Assembly: GCA_017654855.1 (NCBI GenBank)
Contig: CM030334.1
Location: 3,906,001 to 3,970,000, forward strand
Length of the DNA: 64,000 nucleotides
Direction of reading: 5' to 3'
Origin: Podospora anserina
Taxonomy: Eukaryota
Positions 49,163 through 60,500 of the stretch are shown piece after piece (within the stretch, counting starts at the first letter, position 1; each line of letters starts with the position of its first letter). Made by a program: the position numbers and the translations under genes. The notes beneath the pieces were generated by a model, which had not been told where the DNA came from, searched no databases, and worked only from the letters and a program-made list of their open reading frames with translations.

Positions 49163-51652
49163 TCACTCCCCCTTCGCCACAAACATGTCACCAACCCACC
49201 CAAATACCCTGGTCAGTCTCCTCCCCATTCTCCTGGCATTCGTAAACGGAATCTTCCCCCTCGGATGCGGCTGGTGAAACTGGATTCTCGTCTGCGATTT
49301 GCTGCCCAGCCTCTGGAACTGCCAGGCCGAGCCATAGAGCTTTTCAGCTGCGAACAGCCCAGTCGAGGTCATGGCGTGCACAAAGTCTTGCCAAGGGATT
49401 TCGCCTGGGGAGGAAGTCACACCGGGGTTGAAGAACAATGTACGGAAAACCTTGAGGGAGCGGGGGTCAACCGCGATGGTGGGCGCCGGCTCGGAGGCTT
49501 CGATAGGCAAAGAAGTCGTCAAGGGAGCTGTTTGGTCGGACGACGGCAACCCCTTGGTTTTGGTCTTGGTCTTTGGCTTGGGCTCTTGTGATATCCTCTG
49601 GCCCGAGGTAGATCCAAAGTACAGCGTCGAAAGGGGTTTGCTCAGTTCCTCCACACTGTCAACGGTCTCGACGGGCCCAACCTTCTTGTCCGCAGGTGTT
49701 TCTGTACTGGTCTGCGGAACCCACTCGGGGGTTCGTTGCAACACACGGTTTCCAGAGAAGAGAGCTCTGGCGGCTGTGCCCTCCAAATGCTTGCACCTTG
49801 AGTCCACAATCTTGTCAGCCGCCTGCCAGAAACGGTCTAGGTTTTCCTCTGCTTGCCGCAAAGCCTCAACTGTGTCTTTTGTTCGGCGTTTCTCAACAGG
49901 ATAGAAGAAACGCTTTTGGGAGGTGCTGGCCAAGTCGGCTACAGGAAGCAAGTATTGCTCTTGAAGACCATGGATGATGTTCCCAAGCGGTTTAGCCCAG
50001 ACCGCAAATTTCTGTTGAATCTCATCCAGCTGGTCCTCCTCTGCGTTCTCAAAGCTTCGCGCCCAAGGCTGGAATTGATCGAGCTGGCTGAGACACTGAC
50101 TGATAATGGAAGCATTACTGATCATTTCGGCAATACGAGATGAAACAAGGTTCGCTGCTTCGGGTTCGGCTTCCAGAAAACGCTGTAGTTCATCCAGAAT
50201 CAAGGGCATTCCAGCAAGAAACAATGTCCTTCCATTTTCCCATAGGGTATTGAGGAGCCACAGCAGACGGCCTTCGACCGCGGTTCGCTTGGACTCGTTG
50301 ACGGACATGATGGCTATTTTGGAAGTAGTGGCGTCGGGGGGGGGTTGGCGAGCAAATAGCCTGCGCAGCGGGGGGGAGGCTGAGACATTATGAAGCAGCT
50401 GAGACAGTGGACCTTTGGCCGCCTGGGTGAGAAAATAGCGAAACGTAAGAATGTGGCCGAGGAGCTCTTTTGGCAGGTCTTTAGAGGGTGACAGCTGGCT
50501 GGCGTATTTCTCATGTAGGAGGCGTAGCTCTTTACCTTGACGGTGCAGTTCAGCGAATATTTCAAGCTCAGAATAGGCTTCAACGATCAGATTGCCAACG
50601 ACGCGTGCCCCTAAGATGTTCTGCCGACCTGGGCGAAGAGCCGGATGGATGTTGCCCTTGGTGTCCTTCAGCATCTCCTGTCTGTGGTCTTTGATGTCGT
50701 TTACCCGGTTGGCAAAATAGTCGGGGTCTTCTCTCAACGCCCATATGTGGTCCTTGGCGGCGGATACCTTGGCCTCGAGCAGCAAGTCAATCCGCGCAAA
50801 GTCGATTCGGGCTGGGAGTCGATAGGGTGCTTCGGCGGCCATGACGGCAAGTGAGTCGAATCCGTTGGTCTCGATTTCCGTCTTGAGATGGGGTTCAGGT
50901 TGGATCTGGTAGGTATCGCTTTTCAAGGCCTCCACTGGTATATCACGAAGAACGGCTTTGCAGAAAGCCAGCAGAAACTTCAGGATGCGCTCTTGGATCT
51001 CCAGCACGAGCAGGCCTTCACCAGGTAGAAACTGTTTTTGAGTATGCATCCAGTCGAACGCGTCCTCATGATCATCCCAGTTGATGACTTTGCCATAGCT
51101 GTCGACGTCGGTGGCGCCATTCAAAATCATGACATACTCGTTGAGATAGATCGGAACGATGGCGGTTGAGGTCATGCCCAAACGGATGGCGGTGATGTCG
51201 GCAGCGGCAAATGCGGAGGCATGATGGCGAGCCCGCGCATTGAGAAGGAGCAGGATATTCTTGGGCTTGCACAAGTCCTCCTGGTTGATGTAAGGCCACA
51301 GGTAATGGTCCCGGTATCTGGTCCCACCGTTGCGCAGCTGGCCGTTCTCTTTCCGAAAGGCATCAAAGTCCGGGCGGTGGATGGCAGCCATGCCAGGCCA
51401 ACACTCAAGCAAGATCTTCAGCCTCTGCTGCCTGGACTTCTTCATCCATCGCTTCTGGATAGTGTCCTCATGCCGTATCACAACGTCGCGAAGAGCTGTG
51501 GATGTATCATGGATGGTTTGCGATCGCTCCCTGGCTTGCTTGCGGACAGCAGCTGGGGATTGGTAGGTTGGAACGGGGAGACCGGGTCCAAAAAGCCGTG
51601 AAAAGCAAGCGGGATCATTGTAGTCGATGTGGTCGGAGTCGGAGTCGTCCAT
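49163..51652 (-). CDS. Large conserved fungal protein (~829 aa) with a C-terminal HicA-like domain
   Basis: Single uninterrupted ORF from ATG 51652. Motifs HRPDFDAF, WPYINQEDL and DHIWALREDPDYF. C-terminus TLFFNP..EIPWQDFVHAMTSTG..YGSAWQF..IQFHQPHP. Confidence 0.85.
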   Translation of the reverse strand: MDDSDSDHIDYNDPACFSRLFGPGLPVPTYQSPAAVRKQARERSQTIHDTSTALRDVVIRHEDTIQKRWMKKSRQQRLKILLECWPGMAAIHRPDFDAFRKENGQLRNGGTRYRDHYLWPYINQEDLCKPKNILLLLNARARHHASAFAAADITAIRLGMTSTAIVPIYLNEYVMILNGATDVDSYGKVINWDDHEDAFDWMHTQKQFLPGEGLLVLEIQERILKFLLAFCKAVLRDIPVEALKSDTYQIQPEPHLKTEIETNGFDSLAVMAAEAPYRLPARIDFARIDLLLEAKVSAAKDHIWALREDPDYFANRVNDIKDHRQEMLKDTKGNIHPALRPGRQNILGARVVGNLIVEAYSELEIFAELHRQGKELRLLHEKYASQLSPSKDLPKELLGHILTFRYFLTQAAKGPLSQLLHNVSASPPLRRLFARQPPPDATTSKIAIMSVNESKRTAVEGRLLWLLNTLWENGRTLFLAGMPLILDELQRFLEAEPEAANLVSSRIAEMISNASIISQCLSQLDQFQPWARSFENAEEDQLDEIQQKFAVWAKPLGNIIHGLQEQYLLPVADLASTSQKRFFYPVEKRRTKDTVEALRQAEENLDRFWQAADKIVDSRCKHLEGTAARALFSGNRVLQRTPEWVPQTSTETPADKKVGPVETVDSVEELSKPLSTLYFGSTSGQRISQEPKPKTKTKTKGLPSSDQTAPLTTSLPIEASEPAPTIAVDPRSLKVFRTLFFNPGVTSSPGEIPWQDFVHAMTSTGLFAAEKLYGSAWQFQRLGSKSQTRIQFHQPHPRGKIPFTNARRMGRRLTRVFGWVGDMFVAKGE

Positions 51653-51725
51653 GATCTCTCCGTGTCTGACAGAGAAATTCTGATCAAAGTAGGAAGTTGC
51701 TTGAGTTTGAAATGGGAGGAGAAAT

Positions 51726-51815
51726 GTGCATTCCGGCCCTAGGTTAGTGAATTCCGGCCCCAATTAGTGAATTCCGGCCCTAAATTAGTGAATTCCGGCC
51801 CTAAATTAGTGAATT
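51726..51815. repeat. Tandem array of a 21-bp unit (GTGAATTCCGGCCCTAAATTA), 4 units plus a partial one
   Basis: Units start at 51726, 51747 (20 bp), 51767, 51788 and 51809 (partial). Units 3 and 4 are identical. Confidence 0.95.
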
Positions 51816-52083
51816 TCCTGGGTCGCCTGTGCTGCAAACCAAACTGCGTCCGTTTGCATCGGTATTCATGCCAGTCATATTTCAACACAATTCCAGCATT
51901 TCAAGAGGCCAATCAGCTTGACCAGACTGTGGGAACAAATTCTTTTCGGCTTGCTTTCCTATCAGCCGGCCCTCCAGACCTACCTTATCCTCGGTAACTT
52001 TTTTATTTGACAGCCATCAACCACCAAACGCAAGCCCACCAAAGCTCAGCAGCCCAGAAATTGCTGCACAGGTTGGGAGTGTC

Positions 52084-52251
52084 TGTGACAAGGGCTCGAA
52101 ACATTAGTTTAGGCATCAAACAGGCCCTGAGGACGCATACTCTGTGGCCAATACCATTCCTTTGATAGCCGCGAGGCACTTGATTGCCTGCCTCACTTCC
52201 AACTACTGGCTCTCGACGCGCAGGTAGATCGTAATTGGGCCGTAGTGTGGC
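52084..52251 (-). mobile_element. Internally deleted solo-LTR relic related to 115-403; may extend to TGTGACA at 52474
   Basis: 52148-52251 aligns to 304-403 with about 11 substitutions and a 4-bp insertion (hand count). TGTGACAAGGGCT and tttagg..gaggacgc are also shared. Confidence 0.7.
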
Positions 52252-53413
52252 CGGTTGGTTATTTGATGTGTGATAGCGGTGCTACCTTGACTGAGGGACA
52301 ATGCAGCTAGAACAAAATATCAAAAGGTCAGGGGCCGACCGAGAAAGTTATACAGCAGAGGGTTGTGAAGTGAGATATGATCGACATGCTCGTCCAACAA
52401 CGATCTGTTCGGTGGTGAAGTTTGCAACAGGCTTCATTCTCGTGGTGGGTGTCGTAGATAAACCCAGTGTGACATGAATCTTACATTACGTGTTGACACA
52501 CTTCCGGAAATTCATAGTGTATTCAAGTCGTTCTCACAGGCACGTCATCATTTGGTTTTGGACTGAAATTAGGAAACTTGATGAGGTTGAAGACCATGTA
52601 TAAATTATTAGCTTTAAATGGGAAAGATTTGATCTGCTTGGCCAAGGCCAGGAAATATAAGGGACACTTGGTTTCTGACCGGCCCATGACTCTGGTGACA
52701 GTCACATCAAGCCGAACATGTGGCTGACAAGTAATACAACTGCCTGCGCCATGTGAAAGGGGCCCGGGTTTTGAGCAGAACACTTCCATTGAAGCTGGTA
52801 TTGAGTACTTTCTGGGTCCTCTGCTCGTCGTGCTATCATTCATCCATCCAACCAGGTCGAAATCCAGATGATGTCTTCCTCTTCTCCCCGGCCCAATGCC
52901 ATCCATGTCCTGTTTTTCCATCTCACGGCCGATGACCACTAAAAGCAAGCCCCACAGCCCGGTGTCCCAGAAACTGATGCGCATAAAAGGGGTATACATG
53001 AAGAAAGAAGAGCTTGAGAAAAAAAGACAACAAACAACTATGTACAAGGCTTTTCCCTTCCGATATCCCTGTCCGGCCTAAACAAGCGACCCTCCACTTT
53101 GTCCCTTTGCCAAGATTGTTGTATCCAGCGAGGCGAGTTCCAGAGAGAAAAGCATATGACGGTTGCCGTACAGGTTTCCTTCGCAGGAGATGTGCTCTGA
53201 GTAAGGTAAGTAGAAATAAAACATTTGAGGCATGATGCTGGCCAAGGTAGCGGATGGCAGTCCTGTCTTCATCATGTCGTAAAAAAATAGTGCAGCAGAC
53301 CAGTATGCAAATAGGGGTATCATAAAACAAGAGTAAAACGTGAAACAGGCCGCCATCCGTCGTCAATGATGTGTGATGTTGGGAAAGATGATGGTTTTGG
53401 TAGAGATTGTAGT

Positions 53414-56400
53414 TTAAAGAGGTGCCGATAAGCCTTGGGTGGCGGTGGTAGTACCACTATTGCTACGCATCCAAGCAAACATGCCGCTGCCTGTGACAGC
53501 CGGAGTGGGTGGTTCGACGGGGGTTCGGAGTTGTTGCACTTCGCGCGGCTCGAGAAGAAGACTCTTGCGATAGTGGGAAGCCTGCGTGTTGGCACCCGCC
53601 TTGTCCTTTTCGCGGACTCGGTCGATCTGGCTAGACAGCCATTCTTGCAGGTCGGCCACCTCAGTCAGGCGGTAGGGGATCTGGAAGCGCTGCAGCTCGC
53701 CGATGCTCTTGGCCGTGCGAGTGTGCTTGTCAAAGTTGATGACCACCAGCCCAGTATCGCTGGTCTTGGTAGCAGGATTGCCAACATCGACAAAGGTGAG
53801 ATCAGTCAAGAACATGCCCAGAAATGGCAGGCATGGAGGGACACGATCGTGAAGCCGGGCGCGAAGGGCCTTGTAGTTCTGGTTGAAGTCCACTGTGGAT
53901 TGCAGCGACTTGAGCATCTCCTTGCGCTTGACGCTCACAGTGTCCCATGTCATCTTGAGGCGCTTGATGCTGGTGTCGGTGAGTGCGCAAGTGATGGCCA
54001 TCAGGGCATCGTAGTTATGCAGCGAGGAGCATTGGCTGGCAATCTTGATCCAGTGCTTGATGACCAACGCCCGTTTCTTGACCTCGTCGTACTGCAGGAT
54101 GGTGTCGGCAACCAGGTTGGAGAGACCTGTGGTAAAAGCCGACATGGCCTTGACGTTGGGGGCACCAACTCCAGCAAGCTTGGTCCATTTGGATCCCAAG
54201 AGCTCCTCCGGCAGGATCGAGCAAAAGAGAGACATCTGCTTGATGGTAAGCTGGCGCGCAATCTCCAGAGGGTCAAAGTCCAAGATGGATGGGCAGCTGC
54301 CCCCGGCCTTCCAAGCAGTCAGGGCATTGGTCTGGCTTCTGGTCATGGCAGGCGCAGGAACCAGTGTCTCGGCGGGGATGTAGTGGGTGCCCGTGGCGCC
54401 TGATTTGCCCATGGATGACACGAACCTAGGGACCAGCGCACCATCGGCGACAGACACCTTCTCGGCAAGATCGAGGAGCCGCTTGGCGGCCGAGGGAAGA
54501 ATGGCCGCTAGTTTGACTTGGGCGAATTCCTTGATCAAGTCAAGGGCTTCACGGTCTGTCTCCTCCCTCCAGTGTGATTCGAGCCAGCCCTTGAAGACAT
54601 TGTACGTGCGCAAGCGCACCGGGGCGGCAATGGTGCTACTTTCACCGACATAGTCGAAACGCTCAACGAGAGCCTGTGTAAGCGCTGTCGGAGTGCAAAA
54701 GAGCCGAAAGGTGAGATAGAAGGTCGAGACAAACATGGCATCGGGTGTCGACTCGTGGGTGGTAAGTCTCTCGACCAGGGCGGGGAGCGAGCCACCCGTG
54801 ACCTGGCCCTCCTTGTTGAACACCAGCTCGTGGGCAAACGTCTTCTCAATCAGTCTGGACTCGACATCATCCACCTCCTCGGCCTGGCTCGTGGTCTCGG
54901 TCGTGCTCAAATCGGAGAATGACGGCTGGTTCCTTGGAGCTTGTGTGCTGTCGGGTGTGGTGGCACGCGTCGAGGTCTGCGACAGAATGCTGGACTCTGA
55001 ATGCCGGCTGAGATATGTGCTACCCGAGCCCGAGCTCGAGGCGGTCATGCTTTCCGAGCGGAAGGAGCGGAAATCGCTTCCATTCGTGCTGGATGGCTCG
55101 AGGGGACTATAGGTATCCATTGGGAGAGAGGCGGTTGATATTCTTGGTAGTGGTGGGAGGTCGGCACGGTTGTAGGACGCGGTCTGGACGACACTGGAGG
55201 CACGGTCACGCATCGGGAGTGATTGTGGTCGCGAGTCTGAAGGCAAGGGATGCGAAACTGGCTGCTCGGTAATTGGCGAGGTGACCTGCGGAACATCGGG
55301 AAGTGGCTTGTCAATCGAGAGCACGACAGACGGAACGGGAGCCGAAGATGTGACGGAAATTGCTGTCGACGCCGTTGGTGTTTCGGACACGGTTGATCCA
55401 GCGATGCTTGCCGACTCGGATGGGCAGTACTTGGAGTCCTTCTCCTCCCGAACCAGCGTCAATGCCGAAAGGTCAAAGTTGACGCCCAGACTCCCATTGT
55501 CAAACTCGAACTCGAAGTCGCCGATTCTTTCGATCACCCATTTTGTCTTGGCCACACATTCGCCAGTGGCTTTAACACAACCCGTTGCGGCGCCCAATAG
55601 CCGGCCATTATCCTGAGGGACGATCACGTCTTCTTCCATGTCCAATGTGGCATTGGCGAGTATATCGCGCGCCGTGTGCACCAGCTCCTGGATACGGTCG
55701 TACATGGCCGCACGAGACTGCTCCAACACATCGATGACTGCCGCGTTGTGTGTGCAGACAACATCCACCACCACCAAAAGCTGCCCTCCCGATGTTGCCG
55801 ACTGCTTGACGGCACGAGCAAGACTGGGCCTCGACTGCGACTGGAGATGTAGCCGCCCGATGAATGAGCCCAAGTGCGAGAGGAAAATATCGTGGCAGGC
55901 GTTGAGCTTTTCCGACACTAGATTCTGCGAGTGCGCCAGGGGTGAGGGACCTGCGATGCTGAGACGATGAGAGAGGGTGGAAGACGGGCGATGAATCTGG
56001 AGTGGGCCGACCTGAGACAGACGGCGGGCATTTGTATTCTGTGTGCAAACTGAAGACAAACGGTTTTCGGCTGGGGTCAGACTTCGTGCCACGTCGCTGG
56101 CCGCGTACTGTGCCCTCTCGGCAGTCTCCCCGTCGTCCTCGGCGCGGGAACCTGCATCCGCTGCCGGGCCATAACCGGCATCAAAGTTGGATGACTCTGC
56201 TGGTGGCGTTGGTGGAACCTGGTTGTCCTCAGCTGCCGTTATGGCTGCGATTGTGGGCACCAGCGGCCTCCTCTCCTCTTCCAAGACGTCCAAGAACCTC
56301 ACTCCCTTGGTGACAATCTTGAAGGCACGCAGAATCATTTCGTCCACCACTTCGTTGACCTCCTCCACGTTGCCCATGCGCTGGGCATCATGCAGCCGCC

Positions 56401-57134
56401 TAGCTGTCTTGACCAGGCATGATAATTCGGACAATAGTGACTTCCGGTTTCGCCGTAGCCCATCGTATTGTTGCACGAGGGGTGATTCTCTTGTCAGACA
56501 GTGTGTACGCTCCTGTGAGATTATTAGATGACACCATCCAGCAACAGCCCGATCACGGCGCCTGATAGAAACGTACCAATAAATAGCGAACACCGGCAAT
56601 GATTCCCTTCATGAATTCCTGGTTTCCAAACATTTCGCTGTCATTCCCACACGTTGCCCGCATCATGTCCCAAAAGTTGAGCAGCGCCTTCAACAAACTC
56701 CTCATCTCGTCAGGGTCGTACGCCTCGCAGTAATTGGTAGGAAGCCACCCTCTCGCGCCATTGACCAGCAGAGTGCCGTCGGCCCAGCCGTTGGTGTGAA
56801 TCGAGTGGACCAGGACAACATCGCCCTCGTTCAGCGGGAGGGTGACGGTGGAGTCGTTCACAATGTTTTCTGGCTGGAAGGGATAAAAGGCCCTCAGAAA
56901 ATTATGAAAGACGGGCGGCTCGTTGGCCATTTCGATTTCCATCTGAACGTGCTCCTGCGCCTGCGTGTAGAGGTCCTCCTGGGATCCATTCGGGGTCGCT
57001 GGCGGCGTTATCTGTGATTGCGAATATGGGTCTGATGAGTCGGCCACACTTGATCCATTGCTGCGGGTTTTCTGTATCGCCAAGGGGGCCACTTGTAGGC
57101 TTGATCGCGCGGGTTGGCTGTTCAGCATTGCCAT
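53414..57134 (-). CDS. SH3-REM-RasGEF (Cdc25-family Ras guanine nucleotide exchange factor), one intron near 56514-56575
   Basis: SH3 (RAFYPF..LPLNEGDVV..GWADG..GWLPTNYC), REM (GGSLPALVERLT, FYLTFRLF) and catalytic domain (DPLEIARQLT, HNYDALMAI, NYKALR, PCLPFLGMFLTDLTFVDVGN, INFDKH). Confidence 0.93.
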
Positions 57135-57540
57135 TGCTGTCGGTGATGGTGGTAAGAACACATAGGCCTCGCAGTTGCGACCAGATGGGGGCCAGTGTTT
57201 TCAGGCGCAAGTCCGGGTCGCTAGAGGAGGAACGAGTGTCAGTACAAGAAGTGGACGACGGTCGGCACGTCCTCGTGGACCAGCTTGTTTTTGGTGACAG
57301 TGTTGAAGAGGTGAAGAATGTAGGGAGCGAGGTTTCCTTGGTGGCAGGAATGAGAAGCTGCATACCAGGGGGAGGCCCCAGGTGACGAAGTTTTGGAATG
57401 GTGATCGAAGCAGACGGCAATGTGCAAACCGGGCAGGATTTGATTTCATACCTTTTTCTGTCTGTTGTGGCCAGCCAGTCCAGTGATGCGGTCTTGTGTT
57501 GCGGGATCGTCGCTGTGGGATGGCTGGAAGAAGCAAGAAT

Positions 57541-57568
57541 GCAGCAGCAGCAGCAGCAGCAGCAGCAG
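57541..57568. repeat. (GCA)9 microsatellite upstream of the RasGEF gene
   Basis: Read directly from the sequence. Confidence 0.95.
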
Positions 57569-60500
57569 GGCGACTTGTCGCTATTGCTGTTGCTGTCGCT
57601 GTCGTCGGGAACTCGAGTGGCAGCTCGGATCGGTTATAACATGCACCTTGTTGTTGTATCGGACATCAATGCAGGTCAGTCGTGTGAGTCCAGCTGTCCA
57701 AGTCCTGGTCGACCGTGGTGATGATCCAAAGTCGGGTATCCGTATTGATTGGTAGTTGGTACGTGTGGGTAATTTACAAGAATCCGGGGGTAGGTGGTGC
57801 TATGTCCAAGTTGCGACCAGCCGCGCGTGTCGATTGTTGCTTGATGTTTTTCGAGTTATGAAAAAAAGAAAAAGATGAAACCCAGAAGGCTCGAGACTCG
57901 AGAGAATGGAAGGAGGCAGACGATGGAAAGAGACGTCGCTGCTGCTGCTACTTCCTCTCCCTCTCTCTGTCTGTGGTTCCCCTGTCGTGGTCCCCTGGCT
58001 GCAGCGATGGTTCATGACTCCACTCCCTCTTTCCAGACTGGCACCCTGGCAGGGTTCATCTGCAATATTTTTCGTCGCGATATTGCCCGTTGGGGAACGC
58101 TGCGGGTCTTGCGGGTAGCCCCCCGGTACACGCTAACGGCAGCCAACGAGCGTTCAGAGGAAGAGCTCGGGACCATGGATTTCTCCCCCGGTTCACTCCA
58201 TCCCAAAATTGGAGCGACCAACCCGGGGCGTGTTTTTATTATACCATCACATCACAGCTTTTGATCGTATCTGTAATTCACGTGTTTCGCCTCACGTTCG
58301 AGGCCGATTGGACAGCTCTCTCCGCATGTCTTGAACTTCTTTTCATTCGGACTCGGGGTTTATTGACTTTGTATAATAAGTCTCTCTCTGTCTCTTGAGG
58401 AGAGTGAGAGAGAGGTAGGTGGTCGGGTGTCCGGTGTGGGCGGGACGGCTCCAACTGTGCCTTCCGCGGGTCATGATGAATTCTGATAGGGTCTCGACGT
58501 TGCCGTGGTTGCACTCGCGGTCAAAAAGTGCACTTTTCAGTATCCTACTGGTGGCGATCAGTTGTTGGACATCCCGCTACCATCAACACCTCGATCGTTT
58601 ACTGCATTTGTCAGGTTTTGGTTGCGTTCTTGCGATACCGGCCAAAAGCTGACTGCTGCAGTGTGCCTCACGCTATGCATTGATATCACATTCCCTCTCC
58701 GACCGGGGAGAGTGGTTGATCGCCTTCACATGGAGCTACTGCGCGAGAATCTGCTTTTTTACCTCTGATCACAGTGGGCAGTGATAGCTTGGCTACCTTA
58801 CCTGACTTCGCCAGATACTGTGTGCCCTCATCTCCGGTTGTTGTCGTCGTCCTGTACAAAGCACTGTCCAGGCACCTCACTCGCTTTCCAGGTTACCCCA
58901 CGCTGCAGGATGCCCCGTGTTCCCCACCGAACGGGAGGCAGTTGCTTGTTAAGCACACGCCCCAAGCTTTCTTTTCTTGGCGTTTATGTGTCGCCGAGGG
59001 CAACGTCCAGGGTCGTGTTGTTGCCAGTCTCCCCTCGAATTGTTCTCAGTTGCATTTTGTTTTTCTTTCGTGCCATCAGGTTATTTCCACGCGCCAACAT
59101 CAATGCTACTGCAAACAAGCAGATAATGGAGACGGCGTCACCGTTTAATATCGCCAGTCTTCCTGCTGGGATCCTCTTATCTCTCAGCGTCCCATCAAGT
59201 CTCGGTTGGTTCTGCCGTTCGCTGAAGACCTGCAGAGCACGCGTCCAAAGATGCCCTGTGCTTCTTCCCCACACCACAGCTGCAGCGGCACTGAAGATAG
59301 CTGCAGGGAATTGAAATTCCCATTGATTTGAATTGGTGAACCTGACATTCTCTTGAGAGATCTGAATGCTCAAAAGGAGTGCCGTTCGAATACCAAAGCC
59401 TGCGCCATGATCTGACACTTTGGCCTCTGGCTCTCTGGGTACTCGAACCTTTGAAGTTTCACAGCCTTCCCCAAATGCGCCTCGACGTTTCACGCAAGGC
59501 CTTGTCTCGGATATCGACCTTTTTCGTCTAAACATTGCAACCTGGAAGCTGAAGACGTCAAGCCTCGTCTGGTATCAGCAGCTTCTGCTCGTCTGCTGCA
59601 CAAAGGTTGCTGCGGCCATCCGTCCGGGTGGACGGACCCACCTGACAATGCCGACCCGGTGCTCTGGCGCCGTAAAAACGACCGCGACGGCCTCAGACGC
59701 GGAGGCCGGACCAGGCGGGCGATAGTGTATGGGGCCGGCGCCAGTTCACAGGCCGGTGACTTGGCCGCAGCCCAAGGGAAAGAGTTCTCCTTTTCAACGC
59801 AGCCACTTTTCACTACTTTGTAAAAAGACGCGGAATTGCCCGTGTGCAGTCAGCAATCATGGACAACCTGGAAGGTACGTGGGGGTGAACCCTTGACACC
59901 TGCACAAGTTCGCTCTTAGCGTGGCAAGGCACGCCATGTCGCGTCCTGGCGAACATGAGATTCTTTTCTCGCTCCAACTCACTGATATCTGTACACCCTG
60001 GCGGATCCGACTGATGATCCAGTGTCAAATATCCCAGGCTCCAGGCTTGTTGATGAGACCCCCCAAATCACGTCAACTCTCCACCAAACGAACACGCCCC
60101 GGGATCAGGAAATCAAGATACAGGAAAACGGGGATTCCCCAGATCAGCATCAGGGCCAGGCCACGTCCACCTACCCTGACCCCCTAACCATGTGAGCGGC
60201 GGCAGCAGATGTCTTGTGCTCGACAGCAACTCCAGCATTTAGCCAATGTATAACATATGAATGAAGCCCGTGAGTCGTCGCGGTGCTGCGGAGACTTTTG
60301 CCAGGCAAAAACCACAGAGATCAACAGATCAAGCGAGCAGCCCAAGCGAGTGGACACATCCCACGAGCTGTCAAGCTGGACACCCAGTGTTGGCTGCATG
60401 TTTCACTTTTCAACCTTCCATATTAGGTCCAATCCCACGTTGTGCAAGCTCCGAAAGCAGAGAATTTATGGAGCTGATTTTCCTTTTCGAGGGCTTTTCC

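Noticed and set aside
51653-51763. N-terminal extension MGPEFTNLGPEC of the 866-aa ORF
   Set aside because: It starts at a non-ATG codon inside the tandem repeat; ATG 51652 is the likelier start.
51726-51815. CRISPR-like array
   Set aside because: The units are contiguous with no unique spacers, the context is eukaryotic, and there are no cas genes.
53435-54403. 322-aa plus-strand ORF
   Set aside because: Antisense to the RasGEF catalytic domain; a codon-bias artefact.
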